NCBI RefSeq assembly: GCF_009834535.1
Contig: NC_045705.1
Coordinates: 59,706,001 to 59,770,000 of the forward strand
DNA: 64,000 bases
From: Camelus ferus
Lineage: Eukaryota
Direction: 5' to 3'
Part shown: positions 35,461-49,366 of the stretch, one piece after another
Layout: each line of letters starts with the position of its first letter
Position numbering within the stretch: position 1 is the stretch's first letter
Notes under the pieces: model-generated
Databases searched by the model: none
Told to the model about the DNA's origin: nothing
Seen by the model: only the letters and a program-made list of their open reading frames with translations
Position numbers and translations under genes: made by a program

Positions 35461-36899
35461 AATAAGCAAATGCGTGGGACTGGGTCTGTGACCCAAGTTC
35501 CAATACAAAGATACTTCGCATTGGAATGCTAGAGCCATTCCAACATGAAAAGCCAGAATAGAACCTGTGCTTGCTGGTCTAAGATCAAACCTCAGAATAG
35601 TGGTTTGAAGAAGTTTTTCTTCAGAAGAAAGTTTGAAAGTGAAACCTCAACAGGCAAGACAGATAAAAGCGGCATTGTCCTGGTGGAAGTAGGAATGGGG
35701 GGAGGGCTGGAGACCTATCCTTTGCCTCCACCCTCATCTTCCCACCTTAGCAGCCCCTGACAAAGCTCTGTGGAACACCAGGGGTTCCACAGCACCTGAT
35801 TTGAAAACCAGTGTGTCAGAGTCTATAGATCATGGGTCCTGGGGACCTGTGCTTGACTTCCCTTTTGGGGTGAAGACTTGGGAGTGAGTGACGGGGGACG
35901 ATGTTCCCCTCTGTGGGCCTCTCTTTGAAGCCGCTGTGCATTGAGCTTACAGGGGAGTGGCAGAGGTGGGGATCCAGCCCCACAGGTAGGCCATTTCAGT
36001 CCTGGAGAGAGGACAAAAGTGATGGAGCTGCCTGGGCCAGGAGAGCAAAGTCCTAGGCCCAATGCAGGCTTATGCACGAGGGTTGGGGGAGTCTGTTTTG
36101 GTCCTTGTTGACTTAAAAAGAAAAACATCAGAACAGATATGGGCTTACATCCATGAGATCCTATAAGAGTTTAAGGTTGGGGCCTAATGCCTCCCTCCGA
36201 GATGGATGGAGAATGCCCAGCCCCAGTCGCTGGCAGGAGGGAAGCTGCCTTTGTGGGCTGCTGAAACCACTGGGGATGGGTCAGCAGGGGCTCAGCTCTC
36301 AGAGTTAAGAAGCCTGGGTTTCCCCTAGACCCAAATCTCTCCCAAGCATCACCAAGAAGTGACAATTGGCAGCTCTGGTTGATCCTAGAGGGGCCTTGTA
36401 ATCTGAAGGGAAGGGGCAGGCAGTTTCTGATCCACCTCATGCTTGGGGTTCTCTCATGGGGTAGAGGGGGTTTCAGCCTCTCCTGGGCCTGGGGGCTGGA
36501 GGCTCTTCCTAACCTGGGATCAGAGCCAAGGCATCCAAGATGCACCCCCACCTCCCAATCACTGACACTCTCCATGTCTTGTCTGTCCTGGCTGCTGGGA
36601 CCACTGCCTGTGGGCATGGCATTCCTGAAGAGAATCTGAATTTCCCTCTCAGCTGGGTCACTGAAGCCAAACTGGTCGCATCTCGTTCTGGTTGACCTCA
36701 GCATAAGGGAGAGGGGGCAAGAGATGAAGACAGGTGGGAGGAGGCCTCAGCCCACAGCAAACTTCCTGTGTGACCCTAGGCTACTCCTGCATGATGGCAG
36801 GAAACTTACAGAGCTGACTTTCGTCGCCACTGATTTTCATCTCCACTGACTTTCATCTCCTTTGGGCCTCACAGATTCCTTGAGTCAGGCAGGGAAGGG

Positions 36900-37030
36900 A
36901 TTACTGTCCCATTTTCCAGTTAGGGAAACCAAGATCAAGAGGTTGAATGAGTCGCTCAAGGCTACTCAGCTAGGTAGTGACAACCGGAACAGAGAAGCAT
37001 TGTGGACTTCCAGGCCAGCGTGCTTTTTAC
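36900..37030 (-). mobile_element. MIR within the ARRB1 3' UTR
   Basis: ttactgtccccattttccagttagggaaaccaagatcaagaggttgaatgagtcgctcaaggctactcagctag. Confidence 0.7.
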
Positions 37031-40000
37031 TGCACCATGTGGGAACCAGCTTGTCAGCAACTCCCCCAACTGAATCAACACCCCAAGCAAGCCCACTCTC
37101 ACTGGTCCAGGCTCTGAGGCTGAGGAGGTCTGTGGAGTCCAGCCAAAGAACTCAGTCCTTCTCTCCACAGGGACTGAACTCTTCTCATGGTTGGAAGGCT
37201 TAGGAAGTCCCGCTGGCCTTCTGCCTGCATACTTTCACCCCGGGCCATGCTCTTCCCTCCTGCCCAGACTACTATCTACATGTCACCCACCTGGCCTACT
37301 GGAAAGTCCCAGTGTGGAGCTGCATGGCCAGCCCAAGCCCCAGATGTGTGGACAGAGAAAGCCAGTACTGTGGGCTGGTGCCAGGGGACCAGTTTGGCTC
37401 CCTGACTCCCAATTTCACTCCACGGGCTCACCTGCACAGGCTGACTCCAGATGGAGAGAGGCCCTGCAGAGAAGGACTCAGTTGTGCATGGGTGGCTCTG
37501 GGCAGCAGGATCTGGAGCTAACCAGAAGCTTGGAAACATGATCTGGGCCTTTCTCTCAGGAAGAAGCTTTAGTGTCCCACTGGGCTACAGCACATGGATG
37601 TGCAGGAGGGTGCCCAGCCCAGGGGCAAGTGGGGCTAAACTCCAGCCAATGACCACTCAAGAAGCTGTGCATTTCAACATGGGTTCAATCCACATGGAAG
37701 GGGCACCATTTCTAATTCAGATCAAGGCACTATACAGACTAGCAGCAACCATGGAGCCCTGAATGCAATGCCTTCCCCGTTACTTCCCCCTGTAACTTTC
37801 CCTTGATCATAAGCTTTCCAAGGACAGGTGCTGGGACCAACCCAACTCTGTCTCCAGTGCTCAGCACAGAGTGGAGAAGTTGTCAGGCAAGGATGGTTAA
37901 GCCAAATTCAAATGATCTTGACTACTGCCCTTCTGTAGTTCTGGGTCCAAAGAGTAAATAAAAGATTAAATGGGTCCGCGATGCTTCTTACAGCTGGAGA
38001 AACTTCAGTTCAGCACTAGGATAAACCCAAAAGGGTGAGTGTGATATTCAAGTGGAAAGAGGTCAAGAAACCAGCCTGACAAAGCTTTTGTGTGACCAGG
38101 TTAGAAGAGGTCATTTTGTAGGTGAGTGATCACTCCAAATCCTAAATGGTCATGTACCAGCCCTAAAGGTTCCAGAAGACGACCCTGGAGAGCATATGCT
38201 TACCATGCGTTGTTCCAAAACTTCATCAACTCTACAGCTGCCTAAATGAGGTGCAAACTGCCCAGCAAGCTCTGGAAGGGGGCTGTACGCAGCTGGGACC
38301 GCCGAACTGGCCAGAGAAGTTTGTCTGCCCCGAGCTGACTTGGTTCTGACCTGGGGTAGGGGTCCCGAGGGTTGCGTCTTCATGAGATCCAAAAGGGAAG
38401 GGCTAGGGTGCAGGGCCAGGCGTGTGAACTGGGTAATTTCACGGTGGAAAGTGGTTATAAAGTCCACCTCAGGAGAGGCTGGACTGTAAAGTACTGAAAT
38501 CCAGCCTGTATATTAAAATTTTGTTGTCTCCCTTTTCACAAATATGGGACAAGGATAGAAGGGAACAAGAGATCCCTTTGCCCTGCTAATCAATATATTT
38601 GCTTGGGTATAAGGCCAACTTCAGGACATCCAAAGCGAGTGTGAAGGTCCTAGCACAGCCCCTCCCCCAAGCCTCGGCTACAAGCTCTGGCCTTCGGTGG
38701 TGCTGGAGCCCTGGGGCCAGGTGGTGCGTGCTGGCTTGACATCAGGCAACACCCACAGGGACCCAAGAAGGACCCTTCTCAGGGCTGAAGCTGTACAGGT
38801 GGTGGTGCTAACAGCTCTCCAAGGCACTTCCTGGGGCCCAGTGAATCCTCGACGGTGGCAGACAGACCGGAGTCAGTGGCTCTGGCTCTGCCCACCAGAA
38901 CAGAAGCTTTAATGTTCACAAATTCTTGGAGGCAGAGCTGGGAGAGTCCTTTGTGATCATCTAGTCAAACCCCTTGGCTTTCTTGCTAAAGAACTGAGAC
39001 CCAGAGAGGAAAAGAAACTTGCCCAAGATCACACAGTAAGTGGGCATCAAAGGCCAGACAAGAACAGATACCTTTTAACACTTCCTGCCTCATCATCTGC
39101 CTGCTCCATTGCCTTGGAAATGCCCCACATCCCCATCACACCAACACCAGCCAGTGGGTACTGGATACCCATGACACTGGTAACTACTTGGGGGGGGGGG
39201 TGGGTCATCAACTCCCCAGGGACACAAAGGAGTCCCCCTTCCTTTTAGGTGAGGACATGTCGATGGACCTGCCACCTTCTGGGGAAGGATTCCCTTTGCC
39301 AGTGGGCACAGTGGCCTCAGGTGCTCTCTCCTAGCCTGCAGGGCCAGCCCAGCCTAGCCCTGGAGAACCGCAAGGGCAGGAGGACACCGGTGGCCCCAGC
39401 CCCTCTGGCCCTCCACTCTTGCTCCTGCAGGATTCCTGATCCCTCATAAGTCTACAAAGGAAGGGAGTGGGCAGACTCTCATCTTCCCACCCGGCCCCCA
39501 TCTCCCAGGCAACCTCTTCAGGAGCTTGGTGCTTTCTAAAGAACTGTCCCTTCTCTCTCTCTCTGCATGTCTGTGGACAGGACACACACATAAGATGAAA
39601 GACAGCTGGGCTATCACATCCTGATGATACTGAAGTAGAACTTGGGCTAATTCACACAATTTGCCTTAGACTAGGTAACTGCTGGTAAGAAAGTCCAATT
39701 GCTTTTCTCCACACCTGGGGTCTACAAACCTTCACCAATGTCACTGTCAGTCACAGAGGAACATGGGGTGGAGACAGGGGAGGAAGGGGAGAGGTGTTTG
39801 GTGGGTTCAAACTGCAAAAACAACTACATGGAGAATCTATCCACAGGTCTGCCCCTCCCAGCCAGAGGAGGGTGGCCTTCAATGCAGTCACGTTTTAGCT
39901 GCCAGAACTGTGTTAATCATCTGCGACAGTAGACATCCTCTCATGTGTCTTGAGCCCCCATCCCCACCCATCCAAGCCCTCGTGCCCCATTCTCCTGTTT

Positions 40001-40307
40001 CTACTCCCCATCCAAAGTCAAACTCAGAGCCGTGGTGGCTTTCCTGGGGGTCAACAGGAAAAGAGAGGGGGATGGAGAGGTGACTGCAGTGAGGGGGTGA
40101 AGGTGGTGCATGTGGCCCTGCTGGCATGGTGATGTGGGCCAATCCTGAGGCCAGAGGTTCACCACCATGACCTGGAAGACCACTGGGCCCCCTGGAAGAA
40201 ACTGGAAGAACAAAGGGGAGGGGGAACCAGGACAGGAAGTAGACAAACAAGCATCCTAGTGCGTGAGAGTGGACCTGGAGCCGCCCAGAGGGAGAGCCAG
40301 CCCCAGT

Positions 40308-40419
40308 CTATCTGTCGTTGAGCTGTGGAGAGCCGGTACCATCCTCCTCTTCCTCCTTGTCGTCCTTCACACCCTTCAGTCTCTGGCGGGCAAAGTCCTC
40401 AAACACAATGTCGTCATCG
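40308..40419 (-). CDS. ARRB1: ARRB1 exon 16 coding part (112 nt; [36 protein letters not shown])
   Basis: cccaccag|CGATGACGAC...GACAGATAG; AP2-binding [10 protein letters not shown] and the ERK-site GSP are intact. Confidence 0.97.
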
Positions 40420-41779
40420 CTGGTGGGAAAGACAAGGAAAATGGGTGTGTGTGCAGGGCAGGGAGAGGAGGCTTAACCAGAGGGGTCAGAGGGCCAGCCC
40501 AGCCAGGTGGGGCTCAGAGGCTGGACTCTGGGGCTGGCCTCAGGCAGAAAGGCTTGTTAAGCTGGCACATCTGGATAGCCATCTGTGGCAGTGGGACTGG
40601 CCAGTTGTGGCAATACCAGAGGGAGGCATGAGTTTGCCGTTCATGGAAAATGACCCAGTTCTTGAGGAGCTGGGGTTGGGAGACATATTAAATGAGGGGT
40701 GGGTGGTGTGGCTGGGCTAGGGCCAGAGGAGGACCTTATTCTCACTGTGAGAGACCAGGCCACCAGTAGTTTCACAGCATATTCTGAATCTCCCAAGAAC
40801 AAGCCCAAGAAAACCCACTCACCCACCCAAAGAACTGCCCTCAGGAAACATTCCTGTTTTCTGCACAGGAAGAGTGGGCTTGGCTTGAAAGAGAAAACCA
40901 CGAAGGCCCTTTCTGCAGGGAAGTGTCAGCTCACATTCTATGGTGAGGGAACTCGGATAAGTCAGGGTCTGCTTCAGGGGGAGAGGGGACAGAGTCGGGG
41001 GGAGATTGGGGTGAGGGGCAAATCTAAATAGCAGGGCAGAGAAAAGGTGGGTGGGTAAAGAGGGTGCCTGAGTGGGACTTCAGGGCAAAGAGCTGCTTCT
41101 AAGAACAGTGACTTCTCTTCTACCATAAAACACGTCCACATAGGCCCACCCAAGGCCCCAGCCCCACAGAATTCAGTCAGCTGCATGGGGTGTCCTCGTA
41201 GCTGACTTAAGACCCCCTATCCCAAATATCTCCTGGTGGACAAAGGAAGGGCAGATTTGGAACTGGAGTAAGAAAGCTGCTTGGCCCTGGAGATGCTTTG
41301 TGATGTCCACCCAGGTCCTCCTGCTCTGGCCACTGTCCAGTGATGCATTGGAAATCCACATTGGTCCTCAGGAGTCAGAAGCAACAAGATTCCCCAGAGT
41401 CTTCCCCACCCCACAGCCTGATTCCACTGGCTGGGCGCGGGCAAGGCAGGATAGCCCCAGCCCAGGGCCACAAACCAGCCCTGTGACAGCCGAGCCGGTG
41501 CTGTGGATGGACGAACAGACTGACGGACTGACGGACGTGCAGGGACGAGGGAGGAAGACAGACCCCACCAAGGCAGGAGGAAGAGGAACAGGCACCGAGG
41601 GTCCTTCAAGTCACATGCAGGCAAGCAGGTTGCTGAAGAGGTGAGCAGAGGCAGCTCTCAGCAAACAGAGTTAGACCAGCTGCTCTTCAGGGGTTAATAA
41701 GCATAAATGCAAATAACCTGGTAGCCCTGCCCACCACCCAAGATCTGCCCCCCAGACATCTGCTCAAGGTTTGGCTTAC

Positions 41780-41831
41780 TTGGTGTCAAGTTCTATGAGA
41801 TTGGTATCTACCGGCGCCTCGTTCTCTGTAA
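41780..41831 (-). CDS. ARRB1: ARRB1 exon 15 (52 nt; VTENEAPVDTNLIELDTN, clathrin box LIELD)
   Basis: tgttcag|TTACAGAG...GACACCAA|gtaagc. Confidence 0.97.
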
Positions 41832-42650
41832 CTGAACACAGGGCAAGTGAGCGCCTATGGGTTAGTGGTGAGGAGGCTTGGGAGCAAGTGGGCACGGGTC
41901 CCCACCCCAGGACAACTAAGCTAAGATGGGGAGGGAAAAGGAAGAAGGGGAGTGGAGAAAGGATGGGCTGGTCCCTTGTCTCAGAAATACTCCAAATCAT
42001 TTTAAATGCAGGAAGGAGGGTCCAGGGAGTGCTGAGGAGGCCCACAGCATCCCCAGGGTAACAGAAAAATCTCTGGACCCTGCTCCTTTTGGCATTTCTC
42101 CAACACGACTTAGATTCATTTGTTGCATGCATGACAGCCACTAACTCTAACACAGCCATTTAATCACATTGTCACATCTCCGAACTTGGGGTATGTTTTA
42201 TGATCAATGGTATTTCATAGTTTAATTGGAACATTTTTCTTCCTTTGTGCTACATACTATAATGTCTCTTTTGACTGAAACAGTCTTAGGTTTAATGAAA
42301 GACGACCAATCTGGTATCACCTGGAAAAATTAAGGGGATGGTGTGTCCAGGGACCATCTTATCCATGCAGCCCCTCTGCTACACCTGGATGCAAGCCAGG
42401 GCTCCAAGCATGGTCAGTACCCCTCCCAATACCACCCCCAGTCCATGGAAAACAGAGCCAGACCTCTCTGTCTCCTAGGGAATCAGATGCAAAGAGGAGT
42501 GTGGGCCTCAAAAAGCATCCTGTGAGCTGGGGAAGAGGGCTGACCCTGGGCTGAAGGCCAACCCAGAGGGAGGTGGGGTGATGGCAGCTGGTGGACAAGG
42601 GGGTCAGCTGTCTGGAAACCCCATCCCAGTGACCCACAGACCTTACTCAC

Positions 42651-42721
42651 CTTCTCGATGTGGGGGTTCCTCTTTGGGCTTGGGGTGCATTAGGGTGAAG
42701 GGCAGTTCCACGGCCACATCA
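42651..42721 (-). CDS. ARRB1: ARRB1 exon 14 (71 nt; [23 protein letters not shown])
   Basis: gtttcag|TGATGTGGCC...CGAGAAG|gtgagt. Confidence 0.97.
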
Positions 42722-43419
42722 CTGAAACAGAGACCCAGTCCCAGTGAGCCTCAAACCCAATCCCAGGCTGTAAGACTCAATGTCTTCTCAGTTTGAGGAC
42801 TAGGAAGGATTTCACGGTTAGAGGAGGTAGCTCTGGGGCAAGGGGCAGGAAGAAATCTGGCCTCAAGGCCCAGTTCCATCACTCTCTGAGCATCAGTCTC
42901 TCTAGGAGTTGAACTGGGAGAACTTTTCTCCTGGATCCAAAAAGACATGGAAGCTTCCCTTTTCCTGAGAAGGATCCCTAGATTCCCACAAACCTGGAGA
43001 GGTCATAGAAGTGGGAAAAGGATCGCCCAGGGCAGTGTGCATCTTGGTCACTGGGTGGCTCTAGAGGTGCCCTGGGACTCTGCTAGCCTCAAATGGCCAC
43101 AGTCAACCCAGCTTTCCCTGACACTGCTCTTCCCAACTTCCAGGCTGGAACTCCTCCCACCCTCATTCTGTCCTATCTCCCAACATCTCCAGCAGGCTCC
43201 TGCAAAAGTGCTTGGGTGGCCCTAGCCCCCCGCAATCTGGATGATGCACTGCTGAGGTCAGTTTAATCAAATTCAAGCTGGATGGGACCCAGGTCTCAGC
43301 ACTGTCTACATTGTGTACAGAGCCTTGAAGCCGTGTGGGGGTGGAAGGTTGGGAGAGATGCTGCTACTGGTTAGTGCTTCTGAGCAGGCCTTCTCTCCTC
43401 TTATCCCTGATTGACAGAA

Positions 43420-43640
43420 TAATAACAAGAGCAGACACTTAACATGGTGCTGACGCTCTGCCAAGGAGTATTCTAGAGTAGCTCACTAAATCTTCACAAC
43501 AACGCTATTATTATACCCAAAGTACAGATTGGGAAATTGAGACCAAGGAGAAAATGATCTTGTCCAAGGCCACACAGCTATTAAAGGGAAGTAACATATT
43601 GAGGATTCTGACTCCATAATTCACACCCTTGACCACTGTG
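43420..43640 (-). mobile_element. MIR SINE
   Basis: attattatacccaaagtacagattgggaaattgagacc..ttgtccaaggccacacagcta. Confidence 0.7.
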
Positions 43641-44062
43641 TGGTAACAGATCAGAATTGAGAAGGTGATTCCACTCATCCTTGGCTCTTCGCTCTGCTCA
43701 GGGTGATGTCACCCTACAAGGCCCTGCCAACTGTTGAGTGCCTGCAGGCACTGCCTCATCTTACTGACCTTGCTGTCCAGAGCCCAGCTGAAGGAGGACG
43801 GGACATGGGAAACAGGCAGTGCAACCAGAAAGGGCAGTTCCACCAGCCCCACCACTCACTGAAGGGCACTTTCCATCTTCAAGTCTCACTGAGCTCATCC
43901 AGAAAGCAGGGATAACTATGCCTACTCTCTAGAACCACTTCCAGGAGATGATGTAGGTAGCAGGCTTGGTAAAACTGACACTCGTGCCTGCCAGAATCAT
44001 TACCTCCCCTCAATAGGAACATGGGCGTTTCATAAGGGTATTGAAACAATTTGGCTGTGGGT

Positions 44063-44094
<32 letters not shown>

Positions 44095-44919
44095 TGGCTT
44101 CCAAAAGGGGATTGCTTCTCCAGATTCACTTGTAAGAATGAGCTGTCAGAATGGAAGATTGAGATTGCCAATCTTTACTAAAGCCATCCAGGATACAGAT
44201 GGAACAATCTGGACCTTAACCTTCCACCAGGCTATGAGCAATCAAGGGCAGGGGTGTGTGTCTGATTCCTCTCTGAGACCTTGGTCCCAGCACAAGGCTG
44301 AGCTCAAGTCTGGGTTCAGGAACTCTTTACTGAATTATATTGAATCAAACCGAATTGAATTAATTTCATCTCTCCAAACGGACTAAGATTTCTTGGGATG
44401 AGTAATGTTGGCTGGCATCTTGTGACAGGAAGCAAAACCAATGGGTTTGGGGCACATAGATTTTTGGAATATATATGGATCCAGCTGGCTCCAAGGAATT
44501 CTTGTCTACAAAAGCGAATCTCTTCAGGACTTCTTAGCAACACCCAGCCAGCAGTTAGTTCTCATTAGTGTAGAAGTTTGAAAGCCACAAAGCCCGCATT
44601 TCTCCAAAACATCCTGTAAAACAGACTGATTTGGGGGGGGGGGCACTCCCAGATCAGTGAAGCCAGCTCTGCTGTCTGCATCCCATCCAAAGCCAGCTCA
44701 CTTGGATGGGATGGAAGAGCAGAGTGAGGTTTTAAAGGACAAACTGCATCTCCCCAGTTCCTCTGGAGAGGGTTCTAGACTCCATACATGCCTGAGCCTG
44801 GCAATCAAAAGTGACTGCTTAGAGTCCTTCCAACCTGCTGCCCGCAGTTCTGGATAGTCAGGCCAATGGTCTGGGCCCTTCAGAAAGTGGGTTGTTGGGG
44901 TTGAAGGGAGGGACTTTAC

Positions 44920-44943
44920 CTGGATGCAAGATCTCCCAACAGG
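44920..44943 (-). CDS. ARRB1: ARRB1 exon 13, 24-nt cassette microexon (LLGDLASS; long versus short beta-arrestin-1 isoform)
   Basis: ctacccag|CCTGTTGGGAGATCTTGCATCCAG|gtaaag; frame-neutral; matches the known 8-aa splice insert. Confidence 0.95.
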
Positions 44944-45929
44944 CTGGGTAGGTCAGAGGAGGCGGGAGAAGTGGTCAGGAGAGAGTTCAGAGAGGAAGAA
45001 AACAGAAAGCACGTTCATTCACCACCTCTGTTCCCCTCTGGGGTAGAGAAGACCCTGGGACACACTCCACCCACCCCTGTACAGTTGTAACTACCCATTC
45101 AGGGATATACAGAAATGGCCTGAGCCCTGACTAGGGAACTGAGACCCAAGTGCAGCTCAGTCAAACCCCCTGCGAGGCCACACTGGGCCCCAGGATGGTC
45201 ATCTGTAAAGAAGACATAAAAGCTAAGCCCTGTGCCGCCTGCCCTGGGGAAGCTGGGACTATACAATGGCAGAAGGAAGCACTTTAGGATTCCCCAGGAA
45301 GGAGCCTGAGGCAGACTGTGGGTCCTGCAAGAGTCACAGGACACAGGATTTGGGATATGCGACTCTGAGATGTCATATAATACGTGGTGAGTATGACACA
45401 CTGCCACCTGCACGAGGCATTATTCTAATAATAAAGGGGATTTGATACCTAATGTTATTAGCTTCCCAATCTTGTCATAGAAATTTACAAACTAAAAAAA
45501 AAATCCCTCTGACAAATTAGAAATCCTAATTCTAAGTTTATAACAACACATAGGCCAATATATGGGGAAAAGTGGGAGTTCTTTCTGAGCTTCCACCAGA
45601 CTATGCTCCAGGTCAGGGAATATGTTTGGTCCACAACCATGTCCCCAGCACCCAGCCCATGACTTGCAATTAGGGGAGGAGATTTCAGGAAATGTTGGGG
45701 GAATTGTTTGAGCCTCTGTTTCCCCATTTGCAAAATGGGAGAGTCAGAGTATCCCTGATCCAACTTTGGGATTTGGAGCTCCTTGAGCCATTTCCCCAGC
45801 AGATCAGCCTGGGCATGAGTTGGGGTGGGTACTGTGGGCTGAGATGTGATGGGGAGCACAGAACCCCTTGGAGACCCCAAAGCACAGACTCTGGGGAAGC
45901 TTCCCATCACTTCCCACATGAACAGACTG

Positions 45930-46115
45930 GGGATAGGGAAAAAGAGGAGGAGAAAGAGGAGGAAGAGGAGGAAGAGAAGGAGAGGGGTGGGGAGAGAAAG
46001 AGGGAGGGGCAAGAGAGGGGCTGAAGGCCTCCAAAGCAGGAGAGGGAAAGGGGTGGAGGAAGAGGAAGAGGAGCATTGCAGGAGGAAAAGGAGGAACAGG
46101 ATGCCACTAAGAGGT
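45930..46115. repeat. GA-rich purine tract (pyrimidine tract in the pre-mRNA) in ARRB1 intron 12
   Basis: gaggaggagaaagaggaggaagaggaggaagagaaggagagggg... Confidence 0.8.
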
Positions 46116-46188
46116 CCAGCAACAGGCAAAATAGGGCAGGGACACTCCTTGCTGCACCTAGAGGTCTGGGGCTGGGCTGGAGCACTCA

Positions 46189-46299
<111 letters not shown>

Positions 46300-47384
46300 T
46301 CATGGGGCTTGCTGGGCAGGCAAGACACTGCAGGAGTAGGGTGCAGAGGGGCCATCGGCTATCAGTCCCTCTCCTGGCCACTCAGCCACCACTGCAGGTG
46401 GAGCCCAGTGTGTGAGGAAGGCGAGGTCTGCCCTGGGGGAACAGGAGCTCAGAGCCCTGGGTTCCAAGTCTGGCTGTGTGACCCTGGGAACCCCCACTTC
46501 CCTCCTGAGGCCTGAGTCCCAGCAGTGCGGTGAGGGGCGGCTCTTCCTGCTTTCAGGTAGATTCCCCTTCTCTTGCTGCTAAACCAGACTGGCAGTTCTG
46601 AGAGGTGAGGGCAGTTGGCAGGGGCGGGGGTAACAGACCTGAAGAAGGTGGTGTTTCAACTAGGTCTTGAAGGCAGGTAGGACTTGCGAGCAACTGCTTG
46701 GAGGGGAGTGGGTAGCATATGCAGGGGTTGATAAGAGAGCATTTGGGCTGGAGTGGTGGGCAGGGGTGCTGCAGAGGCAAGTCAAACTCCCAGGAAGGGC
46801 AGAGCGGGTCCCTACACTCCCAGGTCTCCACTAGAGCAGGGTGGCCTCAGAGAGCCTGTGATGACCTTGGAGCAGGAGTGACCATATGGCCCTGGGATCC
46901 CTGCCTTCCAGGGGCACCCCCATGTGGTTTAGCCCAGCTCACTGCCCTCATCTCTCCAGACTCCCCAAGCCCATCCTGATTCATCCTCTCCTGCTAGGAC
47001 CCTTCCAGAAGCCACTCCCTTCCTTCTAGCCTTGCTCTGCCTCAAGGACACACCCCATCCAACTGAAGACAATAGGTCAGGAGCTGCTGCCTCTTACAGG
47101 AAGCCTCTCAGGTTGCCCTCCCCTAGGCAAACCAGCAGAGCCCAGCACTGACTAAGAGAGCCTGGGCTGATGGTCCACCCTGTTCTCTGGGGCAGCCCTG
47201 GATAATGGTGGGAGTCGGGGACAGCTTCTCTAGCAGTTCAATCTCCTGAGGATGGGTCCTGGACAAGGCTTGGGAAGGGTGTAGCCAGAGCCCGTGCTGG
47301 CACTTGTGGGACCAAAGTGGCTATGAACCTATCTGGGGGAGGGGGGACATCCAGGAGCCTGGGACTAGGGAGGGTGGGTCCTCA

Positions 47385-47576
<192 letters not shown>

Positions 47577-47839
47577 TCACCCCCAGCCCAGCCAGGACAC
47601 GGAGCGCGGCCCTGCTCCAAGCCTCCCTCCCCCATGGCAGGGCCACTTGGGCCAGGCCCAGCTCTGGTAGGGAGACCACTGCCACCAAAAGGGGCACATC
47701 TCTCCTCCACACACAAACAGCAGTGACTCTGGAATGATCCAACAGCTTCATTCATGGCTCACATGCAGCCGCAAGTTTTTAAAAATTCAGTGTACTGCTT
47801 GGCACTTGCTGTGTGACTAGGATAACTTCTTAGTGGAGA

Positions 47840-47995
47840 GAGCATGGACTATATTTTTTTCTACCACATCATGAAAAAATTTCAAACCTACAGGAAAACT
47901 GAAAGAGTTGTGCAGTGAACACCCATATACCCAACCTCTGGGTTCTACAATGAAGACTTTACTTGTTTTACCTCATCTCTATCCACCGTGTGTAA
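47840..47995 (-). mobile_element. L1MC/L1MD-type 3' end fragment
   Basis: atgaaaaaatttcaaacctacaggaaaactgaaagagttgtgcagtgaacacccatataccc. Confidence 0.65.
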
Positions 47996-49222
47996 GGTGT
48001 TTGGATTGCTGAGCTTTTACCTGCTTTTGCTCTATCCCCCACCCCTTTTCAACAATGAGAGAGCTGGGATGCAGCAGGCCTTGGAATTGGAAGAGCCCAG
48101 CTCTGCCACTGACCAGCTCTGTCGAGGCTGAGCAAGTCACATCTCTCTGGCCCCATTTCCTTCTCTACATACTGGGGCGGCAGCAACCCTGACTTGGAGC
48201 GCTTTGTGAGGACTAAGCAAGACTCGGAATGGGATCGACTCCCCAGCCATCCAGGCTGGTAGGTTAGGTGCCGGGGCCATGCAGATTGGGCATTTTCCAT
48301 TCTTTACGGATTACATGTTATTTTGGCCTAGAGTCACTTCACTTTACCCCCACCTCTTGCCAGAACACTATGCCTTGTGGCTTTGATTTTCTAAAAATCA
48401 AGAGTGGATATAGTACCTAACAGCAGGGAAATGTTTAACCCAATCATCACATGTTCACCTATATGACATTAAAAACAATCTCAAAGACCAAACAGTAACA
48501 TTCAAAAAATATTTTTAGGTTGCAAAAATACCGATTGCTATTGCATGTAAATAAACATACACATGAAAATTTACATGAAATGCAGTTGCCCCCCAAAATT
48601 ATTTGCAGGGCCAGGAGAAAAAACAAATGCGTCTTCTAATGGGCCCATCTACTTCCTTTACTTAAGAAAAGATACTTCACTTAGGATCTCTCCTCTTGCC
48701 TTAGCTAACAAGCTTGGGACAAAGTTCCCTGGGCTCAACCACAGTAGCCCTCCTTAAACTAGATTTTTCTGTTGTTTAATGTAATTATTTTCTACCCTCC
48801 CGCACAAACCCCTTTTATCCAATGACTTGAATTATTCTTTTATGTGTACCTAGTGCCTTACTCTCTTTGCTTTAGCTGCCAGGAAGCTCAGAGCAAAGTC
48901 TCTCCCTTCAGTCTAGGTTTCTGGTACAGTGTAATTATTCTTTTCTCACCATAACCCCAGTCCCCTTAGATTCATTAGCTGTTATTTTCTTATTCTAGTT
49001 TTAATGGGTCTTTTCCCTGACTGTCACATGCACTTCCTTGTAGCTAAACCAAGTAGATGGTCTCTAAAAGGCTGTTCAGGGTCAGCTACTCTGAGTGCAA
49101 CAAAGTCTGAGGCCCAGCCCTCTGCCAGGTGGAGAAGAGCCATCTGATCCTGTAACTGGACCCAGGGCTTCTCTTTCCCCCATCCAATCCCACACGTCCA
49201 AAGCTGGGCTTTTGCCCACTTA

Positions 49223-49366
<144 letters not shown>

